A stretch of DNA of 64,000 bases from a virus. Lineage: Duplodnaviria; Caudoviricetes. The stretch is taken from positions 47,589 to 111,588 of IMG/VR virus record IMGVR_UViG_3300027973_000031. One strand, given 5' to 3'. Below are positions 29,191 to 39,381 of this stretch, piece by piece. Under the pieces are notes generated by a model. The model was not told the origin of the DNA, did no database searches, and was given only the letters and a program-made list of their open reading frames with translations. The position numbers and the translations under genes are program-made. The first letter of the stretch is position 1; every line of letters begins with the position of its first letter.

Positions 29191-32100
29191 GTTTGTAAAT
29201 CTACACGGACATAGTTGTTTCAGTGTATTCGACGGACTTGGTTTTCCGAACGAACACATCGACTATGCTATCAGCAATGGTTCAGACGCTCTTGCACTAA
29301 CGGATCACGGCAACATGAATGGTTTGTCGTATCAAGTTCTTCACACAAAAAAGCTACGAGCCGAGGGTAAAGAATTCAAACCAATCTTTGGTGTTGAAGC
29401 TTATTTCGTTCCGTCTTTGTCAGACTGGAAGGAAGCGTATGACAAATACAAAGAGGACAAGAAAGCAAAGAAGAATGACGACGAAGAAGCTGGCGTTGTT
29501 GTTGAAGACGAAGAAGAATCCAAGAAAGACGACAAAAGCTTTATCAACTTTCGCGCTCACTTAGTCTTGTTGGCACAGAATCCAAAAGGCTTGTCAAACA
29601 TCTTTCAGTTGGTTTCCAAGTCATACAGACCTGGGAACTTTTATCGCTTTCCTCGCATTGATTATGATCTTCTCCGTGAGCATGGTGAGGGCGTTATTGC
29701 TCTAACTGCTTGCATGGGTGGTCCTTTGTCTAAGTGCTATTGGCAGAACAAAGATCAAGGTGAAGAGAAAGTTCTTGAAGAAATGAATAAGGTTGTCAGC
29801 AACTTTAAGAAAATCTTTGATGATAGATTCTATTGTGAATTGCAATGGAACGCTTATCACGAACAACATGAAATCAACAAGATGGTGATGAAAGTCGCAC
29901 AACAGAATAGCGTCAAGCTGGTTTCTACTTGCGATTCTCATTATCCTCGTCCTGAGTTGTGGAAAGAAAGAGAGATCTATAAGATGCTTGGTTGGCTTGG
30001 TTCCAAGAACACTTCTTTGGAAGGTTTGCCGTCCAAGCGTGAAGATCTGATGTCAGAACTCTATCCAAAGAATGGAGATCAAATGTGGAGTGCTTACAAA
30101 AAGTATTCCACGCAGACATTCAATGAGTATGATGATGAGGTTGTCTTACAATCGTTTGAGAATACTTGGAAGATTGCTCACGAACAGATTGAATCATTCT
30201 TACCAGATACAACGGTTCGCCTACCTTCTTTCGTTGTTCCAGAAGGAAAGACAGATGTTCAAGCTTTGATTGAATTATGTTCAGCTTCTATGAGACAGAA
30301 AGGTTTGGATAAGAATCGCGAATACATCGAAAGACTTAAAGAAGAACTCACTGTCATTAAAGATCGTGGTTTCTGTAAGTATTTCTTGACAATGAAAGCA
30401 ATCGCTGACAAAGCCGTAGAGAATCAACTTGTTGGTGCTGGTCGAGGTTCTGCGGCAGGCTCTCTTGTGTCTTATCTTCTGAACATTACCCAGATTGATC
30501 CAATCAAGTATGGTCTTCTATTCAGTCGCTTCCTTCAAAAGAATGCCAAAGATTATCCAGACATCGATTATGACACAAGCGATCCGATGGTTCTGAAACA
30601 AAGACTAATCGAAGAATGGGGAGAAGACTCTGTTGTTCCGATCTCAAACTGGAATACTTTGCAGCTTCGTTCACTAATTAAGGACTTGTCCAAACTTCAC
30701 GGCATTCCTTTTCAAGAGGTTAATCAAGTTACATCCGTAATGACGAAGGAAGCAACAGCGCCAGCCAAAGAAAGACACGGCATTACTGCCGGTGTTTACT
30801 CTCCTACATTTGATGAGCATTTGGAATTCTCAGAAAGTCTACAAGGATTTCTCAAGAAATATCCAGAGGTAGGACAAAGCGTTAAAGCTTTGCAAGGTCA
30901 AATTCGTTCTGCAAGTCGTCACGCTGGTGGAGTTATTGTATCAGAGGGAATTTCGAAGTACATGCCACTAATTAATAGCGGTGGAGTAATTCAAACCCCT
31001 TGGAGCGAAGGACAGAATGTTAGACACCTTGAGCCTCTTGGTTTTATTAAATTTGACATTCTTGGCCTTGCAACTCTCCGTATTATTGAGAATGCGATCT
31101 CTCGTATCCTTATTAAAGGTGGAAATAAAAGCCCAAGCTTCCGAGATATCAAAGATTTTTATGATAAAAATCTCCATCCTTCGAAGATTAATTTCGACGA
31201 TCAAAAAGTGTATGAACACGTATTTCACGAAGGTCGTTGGGTTGCGGTATTCCAATTCGCAGAAAAAGGTGCTCAAGAGTTCTGCAAGAAAGCCAAGCCA
31301 AGAAGCATAATTGATCTTTCTGCGATTACATCAATTTATCGTCCTGGTCCTCTATCTGCAAACGTTGATGCAAATTACGTTCAAGCAAAAGAAAATCCGG
31401 ATCAGATCAAGTATCTCCATCCAGTCGTGGAAGAGATTACAAAAGAAACCGCTGGCTTCCTAATCTTTCAAGAACAGATCGCTTTGATTGCTCACAAGCT
31501 GGGTAAAGATCTAACTTTGGATGAAGGTAATCTGCTACGCAAGGTCTTAACTAAGAAGGGCACAGGCAAAGGACACGAGGTTAAAGATGGGATTCACACA
31601 AAGTTTATTGAAGGCTGTCTCGAAAAAGGTATTCAACAAGAAAATGCTCAAAACCTTTGGCAGACATTTGAGTTCTTTTCCGGTTACGGCTTTAATAAAA
31701 GCCACGCCGTTTGCTATAGCATTCTTTCTTATCAGTGTGCATGGCTTCTTACTTATCATCCAAGTGAGTGGATTGCTTCATACTTAGATGATGAAAATGA
31801 TGATGGCAAAGCAAAAGCTATTTCAATCGTTAAGTCTCTTGGCTATGAGGTTCAGCCGCCGAATGTAAACAACTCTGGTGATCGTTGGCAGCATTCAAAG
31901 GATGATAAAACTTTTTATCAACCTTTGAGTTCAATCAAGGGTCTTGGTGAAAAAGCAATCGAACAGGTGATTAATAATCGTCCTTTCAAAACAATTGATG
32001 ACTTACTTTTTAACGATAAAATTGCTTACACCAAACTCAACAAAAAAGGTTTGGACGCTCTTGCTCGTTGTGGAGCATTAGATGATTTGATGGATAATAG

Positions 32101-32584
32101 ATTTAGTGGTCGTAAACATTTCTGGATGTCTTTCTGCGGAGAAAGACCAAAGAACAAGAAAAAGTTTGATGCTTACATCGAGCAGTATAAAGAGGCAGGA
32201 GATTTTACAAGAGACGAAATAATCACAAACTGTGTTGAACTCCTTGGTTTCTTTCCTGTAACAATGGTTATGAGTCCGCAGCTTTATAAAAGACTAGAAG
32301 ATAGCAATGTCCCAGCAATTTCAAAATATGATCCAGAACTTCAAGTATGCTGGTTTGTCCCTATTTCTCTTGAAACAAAAATATCAAAGAATGATAAGAA
32401 CTATTATGTGGTTCAAGTTGTTGATGATACTGGCAAGACAACGGAGATTAAAGCTTGGTCAGTGGATAAGACAAAAGATCTTATTTATCTTAACCGACCT
32501 TACGTTGCTAAACTAAACTATGATGAAAATTATGGCGGATTCTCTTGTATAGGAATTTCTAAGAGTTGGAAGATGGTTGGATAG
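29180..32584 (+). CDS. dnaE: DNA polymerase III alpha subunit (family C)
   Basis: PHP domain NLHGHSCFS.FDG, TDHG, GRGSAAGS, PDID.D, RHAGG, KFDILGL and GYGFNKSH. Confidence 0.96.
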   Translation: MTIKFVNLHGHSCFSVFDGLGFPNEHIDYAISNGSDALALTDHGNMNGLSYQVLHTKKLRAEGKEFKPIFGVEAYFVPSLSDWKEAYDKYKEDKKAKKNDDEEAGVVVEDEEESKKDDKSFINFRAHLVLLAQNPKGLSNIFQLVSKSYRPGNFYRFPRIDYDLLREHGEGVIALTACMGGPLSKCYWQNKDQGEEKVLEEMNKVVSNFKKIFDDRFYCELQWNAYHEQHEINKMVMKVAQQNSVKLVSTCDSHYPRPELWKEREIYKMLGWLGSKNTSLEGLPSKREDLMSELYPKNGDQMWSAYKKYSTQTFNEYDDEVVLQSFENTWKIAHEQIESFLPDTTVRLPSFVVPEGKTDVQALIELCSASMRQKGLDKNREYIERLKEELTVIKDRGFCKYFLTMKAIADKAVENQLVGAGRGSAAGSLVSYLLNITQIDPIKYGLLFSRFLQKNAKDYPDIDYDTSDPMVLKQRLIEEWGEDSVVPISNWNTLQLRSLIKDLSKLHGIPFQEVNQVTSVMTKEATAPAKERHGITAGVYSPTFDEHLEFSESLQGFLKKYPEVGQSVKALQGQIRSASRHAGGVIVSEGISKYMPLINSGGVIQTPWSEGQNVRHLEPLGFIKFDILGLATLRIIENAISRILIKGGNKSPSFRDIKDFYDKNLHPSKINFDDQKVYEHVFHEGRWVAVFQFAEKGAQEFCKKAKPRSIIDLSAITSIYRPGPLSANVDANYVQAKENPDQIKYLHPVVEEITKETAGFLIFQEQIALIAHKLGKDLTLDEGNLLRKVLTKKGTGKGHEVKDGIHTKFIEGCLEKGIQQENAQNLWQTFEFFSGYGFNKSHAVCYSILSYQCAWLLTYHPSEWIASYLDDENDDGKAKAISIVKSLGYEVQPPNVNNSGDRWQHSKDDKTFYQPLSSIKGLGEKAIEQVINNRPFKTIDDLLFNDKIAYTKLNKKGLDALARCGALDDLMDNRFSGRKHFWMSFCGERPKNKKKFDAYIEQYKEAGDFTRDEIITNCVELLGFFPVTMVMSPQLYKRLEDSNVPAISKYDPELQVCWFVPISLETKISKNDKNYYVVQVVDDTGKTTEIKAWSVDKTKDLIYLNRPYVAKLNYDENYGGFSCIGISKSWKMVG

Positions 32585-32638
32585 TATTTAAGAAATCTGC
32601 ATACTATTTATTAGTGAATCTTTAAGGAGAACTAATAC

Positions 32639-33466
32639 ATGGCAAGTGGACACAGAAAAAGAAAAGCAGCCGCACTAAGAATCGAAGTTCTAAATCCAGC
32701 TGGATTAACAAATGTATCCGAAGCAGATCGTGGAAACACAACTAATCAAAACAATCTTATTAACATAGCGACTTATTCAAGAGATGGAGTTACTCCAACG
32801 TTCATAACTGGATCAACAACTCAATTAAGCGATGCAATATCTAATTTTGACGGCGCATTTACAAGAGCTGGATTAAATGGAGAAGTAACAAATACGGGAG
32901 TATTTTTATCTTCATCTATGAGTAGTTCAACTGGTATAACTTCTGTAGCAAAACATTATTATTTTCCAAAAATATCAACGGTTTCAGATTTATCATCATC
33001 CAATGCTCCTAACTCGCCAGTTATAGTTTATTCTGCAGATGGCCCACAATCAAGCTATGTGCCTTTTTATTTTGGCGGAACAGTTGCAACTGCCTCAATT
33101 AAATTTGGAACACAAATTACTGGAGCTGGTTTTCCAACTCACTTAGTTGTTTATGTTGGCGGACAATTAGAGACAGGTGATCAAATAAGGGTGGTAAAAA
33201 CCTCTGATTCTACTCCAATTAATTGTAGAGTTTTAACTGGGTCGGATATTTCCTCCTCTATTGTTTTAAATTTAGCTTCGACTGCATCTGCATCTGAATT
33301 ATTCTCAAGTTCATTTAGAAAAGCATTTTTAATTCCTACTGGAAATATTTCTGATGTAACAAAAGGTGTGACACTAGAGTTCTGTACTCTATCAAAAACA
33401 TCTACAACCCCAAGTCCAGGAGTATTTGTTGCTATTTCATCTGGTACATACGGAACTAATCCATAG
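32639..33466 (+). CDS. Ser/Thr-rich putative virion protein
   Basis: ACTATTTA at 32603, AAGGAG RBS and beta-rich composition. Confidence 0.5.
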   Translation: MASGHRKRKAAALRIEVLNPAGLTNVSEADRGNTTNQNNLINIATYSRDGVTPTFITGSTTQLSDAISNFDGAFTRAGLNGEVTNTGVFLSSSMSSSTGITSVAKHYYFPKISTVSDLSSSNAPNSPVIVYSADGPQSSYVPFYFGGTVATASIKFGTQITGAGFPTHLVVYVGGQLETGDQIRVVKTSDSTPINCRVLTGSDISSSIVLNLASTASASELFSSSFRKAFLIPTGNISDVTKGVTLEFCTLSKTSTTPSPGVFVAISSGTYGTNP

Positions 33467-33469
33467 TAT

Positions 33470-33529
33470 TTGACAAGTTAGTTTTTCTGTGATAACCTCC
33501 GTAGCACAACTATGGAGGTTATTTTTTTT
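33470..33529 (+). promoter_or_regulatory. Sigma70 promoter overlapping a terminator/RBS-occluding hairpin
   Basis: TTGACA-N17-TAACCT; stem ATAACCTCCGTAG/CTATGGAGGTTAT plus a T-run; the 3' arm contains the dUTPase SD. Confidence 0.7.
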
Positions 33530-33988
33530 ATGGATAAAATTTATGTTAAGAAGATTAAGCCAGAAGCAAAGCTGCCAGTCAGAGCAAATCCTAGTGATGC
33601 TGGTGCGGATGTTTTCTATTGTGACAGCACTCCAGTTACAATTGCTCCTGGACAATCTATATTGTTAGCAACGGGATTACAGGTCGCAACACCAGTTGGT
33701 TATGTATGTGAAGTTAAAAATAGATCTGGAATGGCTTACAAGAACAGTTTAGTGGTAGGATCTTGCATTATTGATTCAGGATATTCTGGAGAAGTGAAGG
33801 TTAATCTTCACAACATTGGCAGAGAAATTAAAACTATAATGCCGTATGATAAGATTGCGCAATTAATCTTTTATCCAATTAATCTTCCAGATTTCGATTT
33901 GTTACCAAATGAAGTAGATTTATATTTACATACTCCAACAATTTCAAGCCGTGGTGACGGTTCTTTTGGATCAACAGGAAATAAATAA
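33530..33988 (+). CDS. dut: dUTPase
   Basis: DAGAD, NRSG, IIDSGYSGE, KIAQL and RGDGSFGSTG. Confidence 0.95.
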   Translation: MDKIYVKKIKPEAKLPVRANPSDAGADVFYCDSTPVTIAPGQSILLATGLQVATPVGYVCEVKNRSGMAYKNSLVVGSCIIDSGYSGEVKVNLHNIGREIKTIMPYDKIAQLIFYPINLPDFDLLPNEVDLYLHTPTISSRGDGSFGSTGNK

Positions 33989-34251
33989 TGAGTAGTAAAG
34001 CAAATAAAATTCAAAGACAAAATAAAGTAGACACAAGAAAAGAAGTAGAAGAAAAACTAACAAAGCAAGTAGGTATGTTTGGATTATTGCCAGATGAATG
34101 CAATGCGTGTAACAAACCTTTTGATAAGAAGTCAAAAGAAATGGCACAAACCTGGGTTGTAGTTGTTAGAAACGAAGAGAGACTAGTTAGGTTATTCTGT
34201 CCAGATTGCTTAGATAAAGTAAAGGAGGCTTTGCCAGATGAAGAAACTTGA
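33988..34251 (+). CDS. Zinc-ribbon hypothetical protein
   Basis: CNAC...CPDC. Confidence 0.55.
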   Translation: MSSKANKIQRQNKVDTRKEVEEKLTKQVGMFGLLPDECNACNKPFDKKSKEMAQTWVVVVRNEERLVRLFCPDCLDKVKEALPDEET

Positions 34252-34561
34252 TCTATTTGAATTTAAAAAAATAGTAGATAAAAACAAACCATTCATTGTC
34301 AAATTTAAAAGTGATGATTGTCCAATCTGTGTTGAATTAGAACCAGATTATGAAGCAGTTGCAAATTCCTTTCCAGAACTAGGATTTTATGATGTAGATA
34401 TTAATGAAGAAGAAGATCTGGCAGACCTTTTTATTAGTGATGGTGTCCCAACCCTTTATTATATCAAGGGAAAAGATTTTAAAGAACTTCCATATCCAGA
34501 TAAAGGTTTTGATAAGAAATCTCTTACCAAAGTCATAAAGGGTATCTTAAATGGAAAGTAA
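34238..34561 (+). CDS. Thioredoxin
   Basis: IVKF...CPIC...GVPTL. Confidence 0.85.
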   Translation: MKKLDLFEFKKIVDKNKPFIVKFKSDDCPICVELEPDYEAVANSFPELGFYDVDINEEEDLADLFISDGVPTLYYIKGKDFKELPYPDKGFDKKSLTKVIKGILNGK

Positions 34562-34886
34562 GAAGCTCGGTGACTATCAAAAAAGAATTGTGGTCAACCT
34601 TCCAGATTATGAGTATGGAGAATTCCTTGCGAATCTAAAATATGAAAATATAAATTCTCCAGCAAAGATTGTTCGCTTCTTTATCGAGTCTTATCTTGCT
34701 AGTGATACAGATGCTAGAAAGATTGTTGAGTCTTATAAACAGAAGAATAAAGTTGCTGGCAGAGCTAAAAAAGAGTACATCATCAAACAGGAAGAACTTG
34801 CTAAAAAATCAGAAACGCTATATAATCTCAATGACGACGACATAGATAACATCTATGATCTTCTTGATGAAGACTTTCCAGGATGA
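34551..34886 (+). CDS. Possible ribbon-helix-helix DNA-binding protein
   Basis: KRIVVNLPD.EY..F....S.AKIVRFFIESY pattern. Confidence 0.45.
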   Translation: MESKKLGDYQKRIVVNLPDYEYGEFLANLKYENINSPAKIVRFFIESYLASDTDARKIVESYKQKNKVAGRAKKEYIIKQEELAKKSETLYNLNDDDIDNIYDLLDEDFPG

Positions 34887-34892
34887 GGAATA

Positions 34893-35135
34893 ATGAGCTG
34901 TGACGAAAGATGCGAAAAAGACAATATTTCTTGTGAAGAGCGTAACTGTAGACACTTTATAGAATATGAAGAAGACCTAAATTGCGTTCTTGTTTGCGTC
35001 AGAAAACACGGGACATTAACTTTGGAAGAAGCATCAAAGAGACTTGGTGTATCATATGTTAGAGTCAAACAGATAGAAGAAAAGGCTATGTCGAAGATAA
35101 AGTCAAATTATAGAGATTGCAGTGAGGTCGTTTAG
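34893..35135 (+). CDS. Sigma-70 region-4 HTH protein with Cys-rich N-terminus
   Basis: TLEEASKRLGVSYVRVKQIEEKAMSKI. Confidence 0.75.
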   Translation: MSCDERCEKDNISCEERNCRHFIEYEEDLNCVLVCVRKHGTLTLEEASKRLGVSYVRVKQIEEKAMSKIKSNYRDCSEVV

Positions 35136-35179
35136 TTTTTTCAATACTATTTATTATGATTTCTTAAGGAGAAACTATA

Positions 35180-36148
35180 ATGGCTAAAAGAAAAGATTTA
35201 TTATTAAAGGAAAGCACAGTCTCAAGAATGATGGGATTAGCTGGAATCGGCGCTTTAACAAATCCCTTTTTGAGAGAACAACATGATGTTGGTGGTCCTT
35301 CTATCCCTGCTGATGACCAAGAAAAAATGGAAGAAGGCTATGATATGGAAGAAGAACTAGATGAAGGTTACGGTACAGAAGAATTAGATGAGATGCACGA
35401 CGAAGAAGGGATGGGATATGATGCCCTTGGACACGGTGATATAGATTATGACGCTGACGATTTCAGAGATGATGAAGAAGATTATGAAGGTGATGAAGAT
35501 TTTGAAGATGATGAAGAAGATTATGAAGGTGATGAAGACGAAGGTGAAGAGGAACTTGAAGAAGGTTATTTAGAAGAAGAGAAATGTGAAATGTGTGGTA
35601 AAAAACTCCACGAAGGTTCCTGCGGCGGCGGTTACATGCAAGAGAGCATTCACAAGTCAATGAAAAGATTAAAGAGACTATTAGAGCAAGCAGAAGCAGA
35701 TGCTCCACCACCAGCACCAGCAGGCGAAGAAGCGCCAGCACCAGAGCCAGCACCAGGTGGCGATGATCAAATGGAAGCAAAGATTAAAGAATTTGTTAAG
35801 AAGCTCGGAGAACTCGTTCAAGAAACATTAGGCGTTGAAGTTACAGTAGAAGAAGGTGAAGGCGAACCAGAAATGCCACCACCAGCACCAGAAGGTGGAG
35901 AAGCAGCCCCGCCAGCGCCAATGGCAGAAGCAATCAACCGTTTAGTTAACAAGGTTGCTCGTAGAGTTAAGGCTCGTTTAATGGAAGCAAAAGGTGAAAA
36001 AGAAAAAGCCATTGAAACAAAAAGAAAGATGAGCGCCAAAAGTAAAGAGCAAATGAAAATGAAAGCTTTAAAAGAAAAACAAGCTGCCTCAAAAAAGAAA
36101 GAAATGGAAATGAAGAAAAAGAAAGCAGCAATGGCAAAGAAGAAATAA
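35180..36148 (+). CDS. Acidic/Pro-rich putative prohead core or internal protein
   Basis: ACTATTTA at 35146; LLKES..RMMGLAGI, many LxE motifs, D/E tracts and a basic tail. Confidence 0.55.
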   Translation: MAKRKDLLLKESTVSRMMGLAGIGALTNPFLREQHDVGGPSIPADDQEKMEEGYDMEEELDEGYGTEELDEMHDEEGMGYDALGHGDIDYDADDFRDDEEDYEGDEDFEDDEEDYEGDEDEGEEELEEGYLEEEKCEMCGKKLHEGSCGGGYMQESIHKSMKRLKRLLEQAEADAPPPAPAGEEAPAPEPAPGGDDQMEAKIKEFVKKLGELVQETLGVEVTVEEGEGEPEMPPPAPEGGEAAPPAPMAEAINRLVNKVARRVKARLMEAKGEKEKAIETKRKMSAKSKEQMKMKALKEKQAASKKKEMEMKKKKAAMAKKK

Positions 36149-36173
36149 GTTAAGCAACTCCTAAGAAATCAGG

Positions 36174-36210
36174 TGAAGCCCAGCCTAAAAACTGGGCTTC
36201 ATTGTTATTT
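36174..36210 (+). terminator. Intrinsic terminator
   Basis: TGAAGCCCAG/CTGGGCTTCA stem followed by TTGTTATTT. Confidence 0.7.
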
Positions 36211-36238
36211 GGGATCTAATTACTCCAGAGGTAAACAG

Positions 36239-37333
36239 ATGAGTTTAGAGAAATTAATTGAAAGTCATTATGCTCCAAAGAAAGGTAATGAGCTTCTTGT
36301 TAAGTTAATTGAAAGTAAGTTAAATGAGGCATTTGGAACTGATGAACTTACTTTAGCTGTTGGAGCAGGTAAATCTGAATATAGAGAAGAATTTGAAATC
36401 TTGCTAACAACTCCTCTTTATAATTCAATAACCAGTGAAAAATATTTTTCAAATAGATTAGATACGATTAAAAAATATTTAAACCCAAAAAATCGTGTTG
36501 ATTTAAGAACTGATGAGTTTGTTGCTACATTTATTTTTTTACAAGAATTTGATAAAATTTTGAGAGAGTATGAAAGCGAAGATCCAAGACAAGCAGGATT
36601 TAAATTTGAAACCTTATTTACAGTTCTTTTCCGCGGAATCCAACTAAATGGATCAGACATTACAGATGCGGAAATTTTAGAACCAAGAGCATTTGCAAGG
36701 TTTAGTTATAAATTTTATTCAGAATCTAGAAGACATAGATTAGATGGTTCTTTACATAATCTTCTTAGAATGATGTCAGAAAATAAAGAGGTAGTATATT
36801 TTGTTTGTTTGAAAAATTTACCTGCTTCTAAATTTAGATTTTATTCTTTTCTAGTCACGCCAGATAATTTTTATAGTATATTAAAAAGAAGTACTGATGT
36901 TTATAATAGATTTTTATCTGATTTTCAAGCACCAGATGGAATAGTAGGACAAGAATTAGCTAGTCTTATGTTAGCTCATATGATTGGAAAATCGGGTGGT
37001 CAGAAAATAGAAACTTCAACAGAATTATTTGACAGAACATTTTTGGATAAAGTTTATAGCTTAACTTCATTAGGTCAAAATTTGCCAGAATATAATAATA
37101 CTCTTTGCAGTTTTGAAGGAGAAATAATGATTAATACAGCAATTATTTCTGATGCAAAAAATCAATATAAACAACATGAGCTTGGAAGAGTTGGCAAACT
37201 TCTTGAAGATGTTAACAAACTAAATAAACAAATGTTATATTTTTTTGCTACATCTAGCGGTGGAGAAGACAGAACAAATATTATAGATACAATTAATGAT
37301 ATAGATGTCTCGTTTAAAGAAATTACAAAATAG
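36239..37333 (+). CDS. Hypothetical protein, possible PD-(D/E)xK nuclease fold
   Basis: AGFKFE...ITD...SYK pattern; leader LEKLIES..LIESKLNEA. Confidence 0.45.
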   Translation: MSLEKLIESHYAPKKGNELLVKLIESKLNEAFGTDELTLAVGAGKSEYREEFEILLTTPLYNSITSEKYFSNRLDTIKKYLNPKNRVDLRTDEFVATFIFLQEFDKILREYESEDPRQAGFKFETLFTVLFRGIQLNGSDITDAEILEPRAFARFSYKFYSESRRHRLDGSLHNLLRMMSENKEVVYFVCLKNLPASKFRFYSFLVTPDNFYSILKRSTDVYNRFLSDFQAPDGIVGQELASLMLAHMIGKSGGQKIETSTELFDRTFLDKVYSLTSLGQNLPEYNNTLCSFEGEIMINTAIISDAKNQYKQHELGRVGKLLEDVNKLNKQMLYFFATSSGGEDRTNIIDTINDIDVSFKEITK

Positions 37334-37344
37334 GATTTAAAATA

Positions 37345-37881
37345 ATGAAAAGAAAAAAATCCATCTTGACAAAACCATTCGGTCATGTTAACATAGGTTC
37401 AAAGCATTATGTCGTTGAGGTTGCCTCTGATGATGAATCAAGATATAAAGGTCTTTCCAAAAGACATAATCTTGATGAAGGCTTCGGTATGTTATTTGAC
37501 ATGCCAAGCGTTGATCATCACGCTTTTCAAATGAAGGAAACATATATACCACTTGATATGGTATTTCTCGGCAAGTACGGACAGATTGTTGACTACATTC
37601 CAAATGCTCAACCATTAACATCTGGTCCATACAAACCAAAAGAGAAATGTAAATTTGTTTTGGAAGTAAGAGGCAATGATCTTAAAGATGAAATTGGTGA
37701 AAAAGCTCTTGCAAAAATGAGATTCTTTGATACAATCGAGAAGGCTCAAGCATACAGAGATAAAAGGGTGCTTCAAGAGCAGTTAATACATTACTTAAAT
37801 GAGGCGGTTAATGGCGAAAGTTTACGAAGGAAACAAGATTCTTCAAGAAAAAGTTCTAAACGGAGTGGAAAAACTCTCTAA
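37345..37881 (+). CDS. DUF192-like protein
   Basis: VEVA...R.KGL..R......GMLF.......F.MKETYIPLDMVF...VLE. Confidence 0.8.
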   Translation: MKRKKSILTKPFGHVNIGSKHYVVEVASDDESRYKGLSKRHNLDEGFGMLFDMPSVDHHAFQMKETYIPLDMVFLGKYGQIVDYIPNAQPLTSGPYKPKEKCKFVLEVRGNDLKDEIGEKALAKMRFFDTIEKAQAYRDKRVLQEQLIHYLNEAVNGESLRRKQDSSRKSSKRSGKTL

Positions 37882-39379
37882 CATTGTAAGTTCTACCCTT
37901 GGACCTGGCGGTAGAAATGTAATCCTGCAACAAAAAGAACGAAGACCAATCATCACGAAAGACGGTGTAACCGTTGCTCGTTTTATTGACTTTGAAGATC
38001 CATTTGAAAATGTTGGAGCGCAGATTCTTAAACAGGTTTCGGCTCTTACAGCTCACGAAGCAGGGGACGGGACCACTACCAGTACCCTACTGGCACATCG
38101 TATGTTAAAGGAATCTCAGAAGTATCTTTCTTCTGGTATTTCTCCAACTGAGATGAGAAGAGGAATGGAGAAAGCATCACAAGATGTTATCTCTTTTGTT
38201 CAAGAGAGATCAAAAACAGTTCAGTCAATTGAAGACATCGAGAACATTGCCACTGTTTCTTCCAACAATGATCAAGTAATCGGCAAGCTTATTGCCAGAG
38301 CAATTGATCTTGCGGGAAAGAACGGTGCAATTACTATTGAGGATTCAAAATCTTATGAGACAGAGTTGGATCTAACAGAAGGTTTTATCTTTGAGTCTGG
38401 TTATTTGTCTAACCAGTTCATCACAGATGAAATGAGAAAAGTAGCAAAGCACAATGATTGTCTAATTCTAATCACAGATTGGAAGTTGGAACACGTTGAT
38501 CCAATCCTTCCAGTATTAGAACTGGCAGCAAGAGAAAAGAAGCCGCTTATTATTGTTGCTGACGACATTGAAGGTCAACTACTTGCTGCATTAATTGTTA
38601 ATTCTATTCGCAACTCTATGAAGATTGTTGCCGTTAAAGCTCCATACTACGGAGAAGAGAGGAGAAATGTTCTATCTGATCTTGCTGTTTCTACTGGCGG
38701 TAAGTTTTTTACTCGTGAGTCTGGTTTGGATTTCTCAGCCTTTACTCTCGCGGATTTTGGACGCTGTAAATCAGTCGAGATTGGAAAATCGCAGACGGCA
38801 ATCATTGGAGGAAAAGGCACGGCTCAATCAATCGAAGAGAGAACTGAGCAACTAAGAGAACTAATCAAAGAGACAAGTGATCTCGAAGAATGCAAGCGCA
38901 TCCAAGATCGTATCACAAGACTGGCAAGCGGCGTTGTTACAATCCGTGTTGGTGGGTCCAGCGAGGTTGAGGTTGTAGAGAAGAAACATCGCATTGAAGA
39001 TGCCTTAGAGGCTGTCAGATCAGCACAACTAGCAGGCACCCACCCAGGGGGAGGCACAACGTTACTCAAGGCTTCTAAGAAGCTTAAAGCACCAAAGCTT
39101 AACGAAGAGCAAACAATTGGATACAACATTGTAATTAAGTCTCTAACTGCTCCCTTTGAGAAGATTTGTGAGAACTTGGACCTACCTTCACAAGTATTGG
39201 CTGAAAAGGTTTTGCGTTCAAAGGATGGATTCGGACTTGACGTAAAGACTCAGCAAGTGGTAGACTTGTATGAAGCTGGCGTCATTGATCCTGTGCGCGT
39301 AACAACATCAGCGGTCAAGAATTCTGTATCAGTCGTTTCGACACTGATTACGACAAACAATGCAATCGTGGAGGTCTAA
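37811..39379 (+). CDS. groEL: Chaperonin GroEL
   Basis: TLGPGGRNV, ITKDGVTVA, AGDGTTT, GGG.TLL and GVIDP. Confidence 0.95.
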   Translation: MAKVYEGNKILQEKVLNGVEKLSNIVSSTLGPGGRNVILQQKERRPIITKDGVTVARFIDFEDPFENVGAQILKQVSALTAHEAGDGTTTSTLLAHRMLKESQKYLSSGISPTEMRRGMEKASQDVISFVQERSKTVQSIEDIENIATVSSNNDQVIGKLIARAIDLAGKNGAITIEDSKSYETELDLTEGFIFESGYLSNQFITDEMRKVAKHNDCLILITDWKLEHVDPILPVLELAAREKKPLIIVADDIEGQLLAALIVNSIRNSMKIVAVKAPYYGEERRNVLSDLAVSTGGKFFTRESGLDFSAFTLADFGRCKSVEIGKSQTAIIGGKGTAQSIEERTEQLRELIKETSDLEECKRIQDRITRLASGVVTIRVGGSSEVEVVEKKHRIEDALEAVRSAQLAGTHPGGGTTLLKASKKLKAPKLNEEQTIGYNIVIKSLTAPFEKICENLDLPSQVLAEKVLRSKDGFGLDVKTQQVVDLYEAGVIDPVRVTTSAVKNSVSVVSTLITTNNAIVEV

Positions 39380-39381
39380 TA

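Noticed and set aside
29180-32584. Inteins or introns in dnaE, nrdJ or the helicase
   Set aside because: Lengths are ordinary, motifs are contiguous and no intein splice-junction signatures are visible.
35460-35545. GATGAAGAAGATTATGAAGGTGATGAAGA direct repeat
   Set aside because: A low-complexity Asp/Glu coding duplication within an acidic protein.
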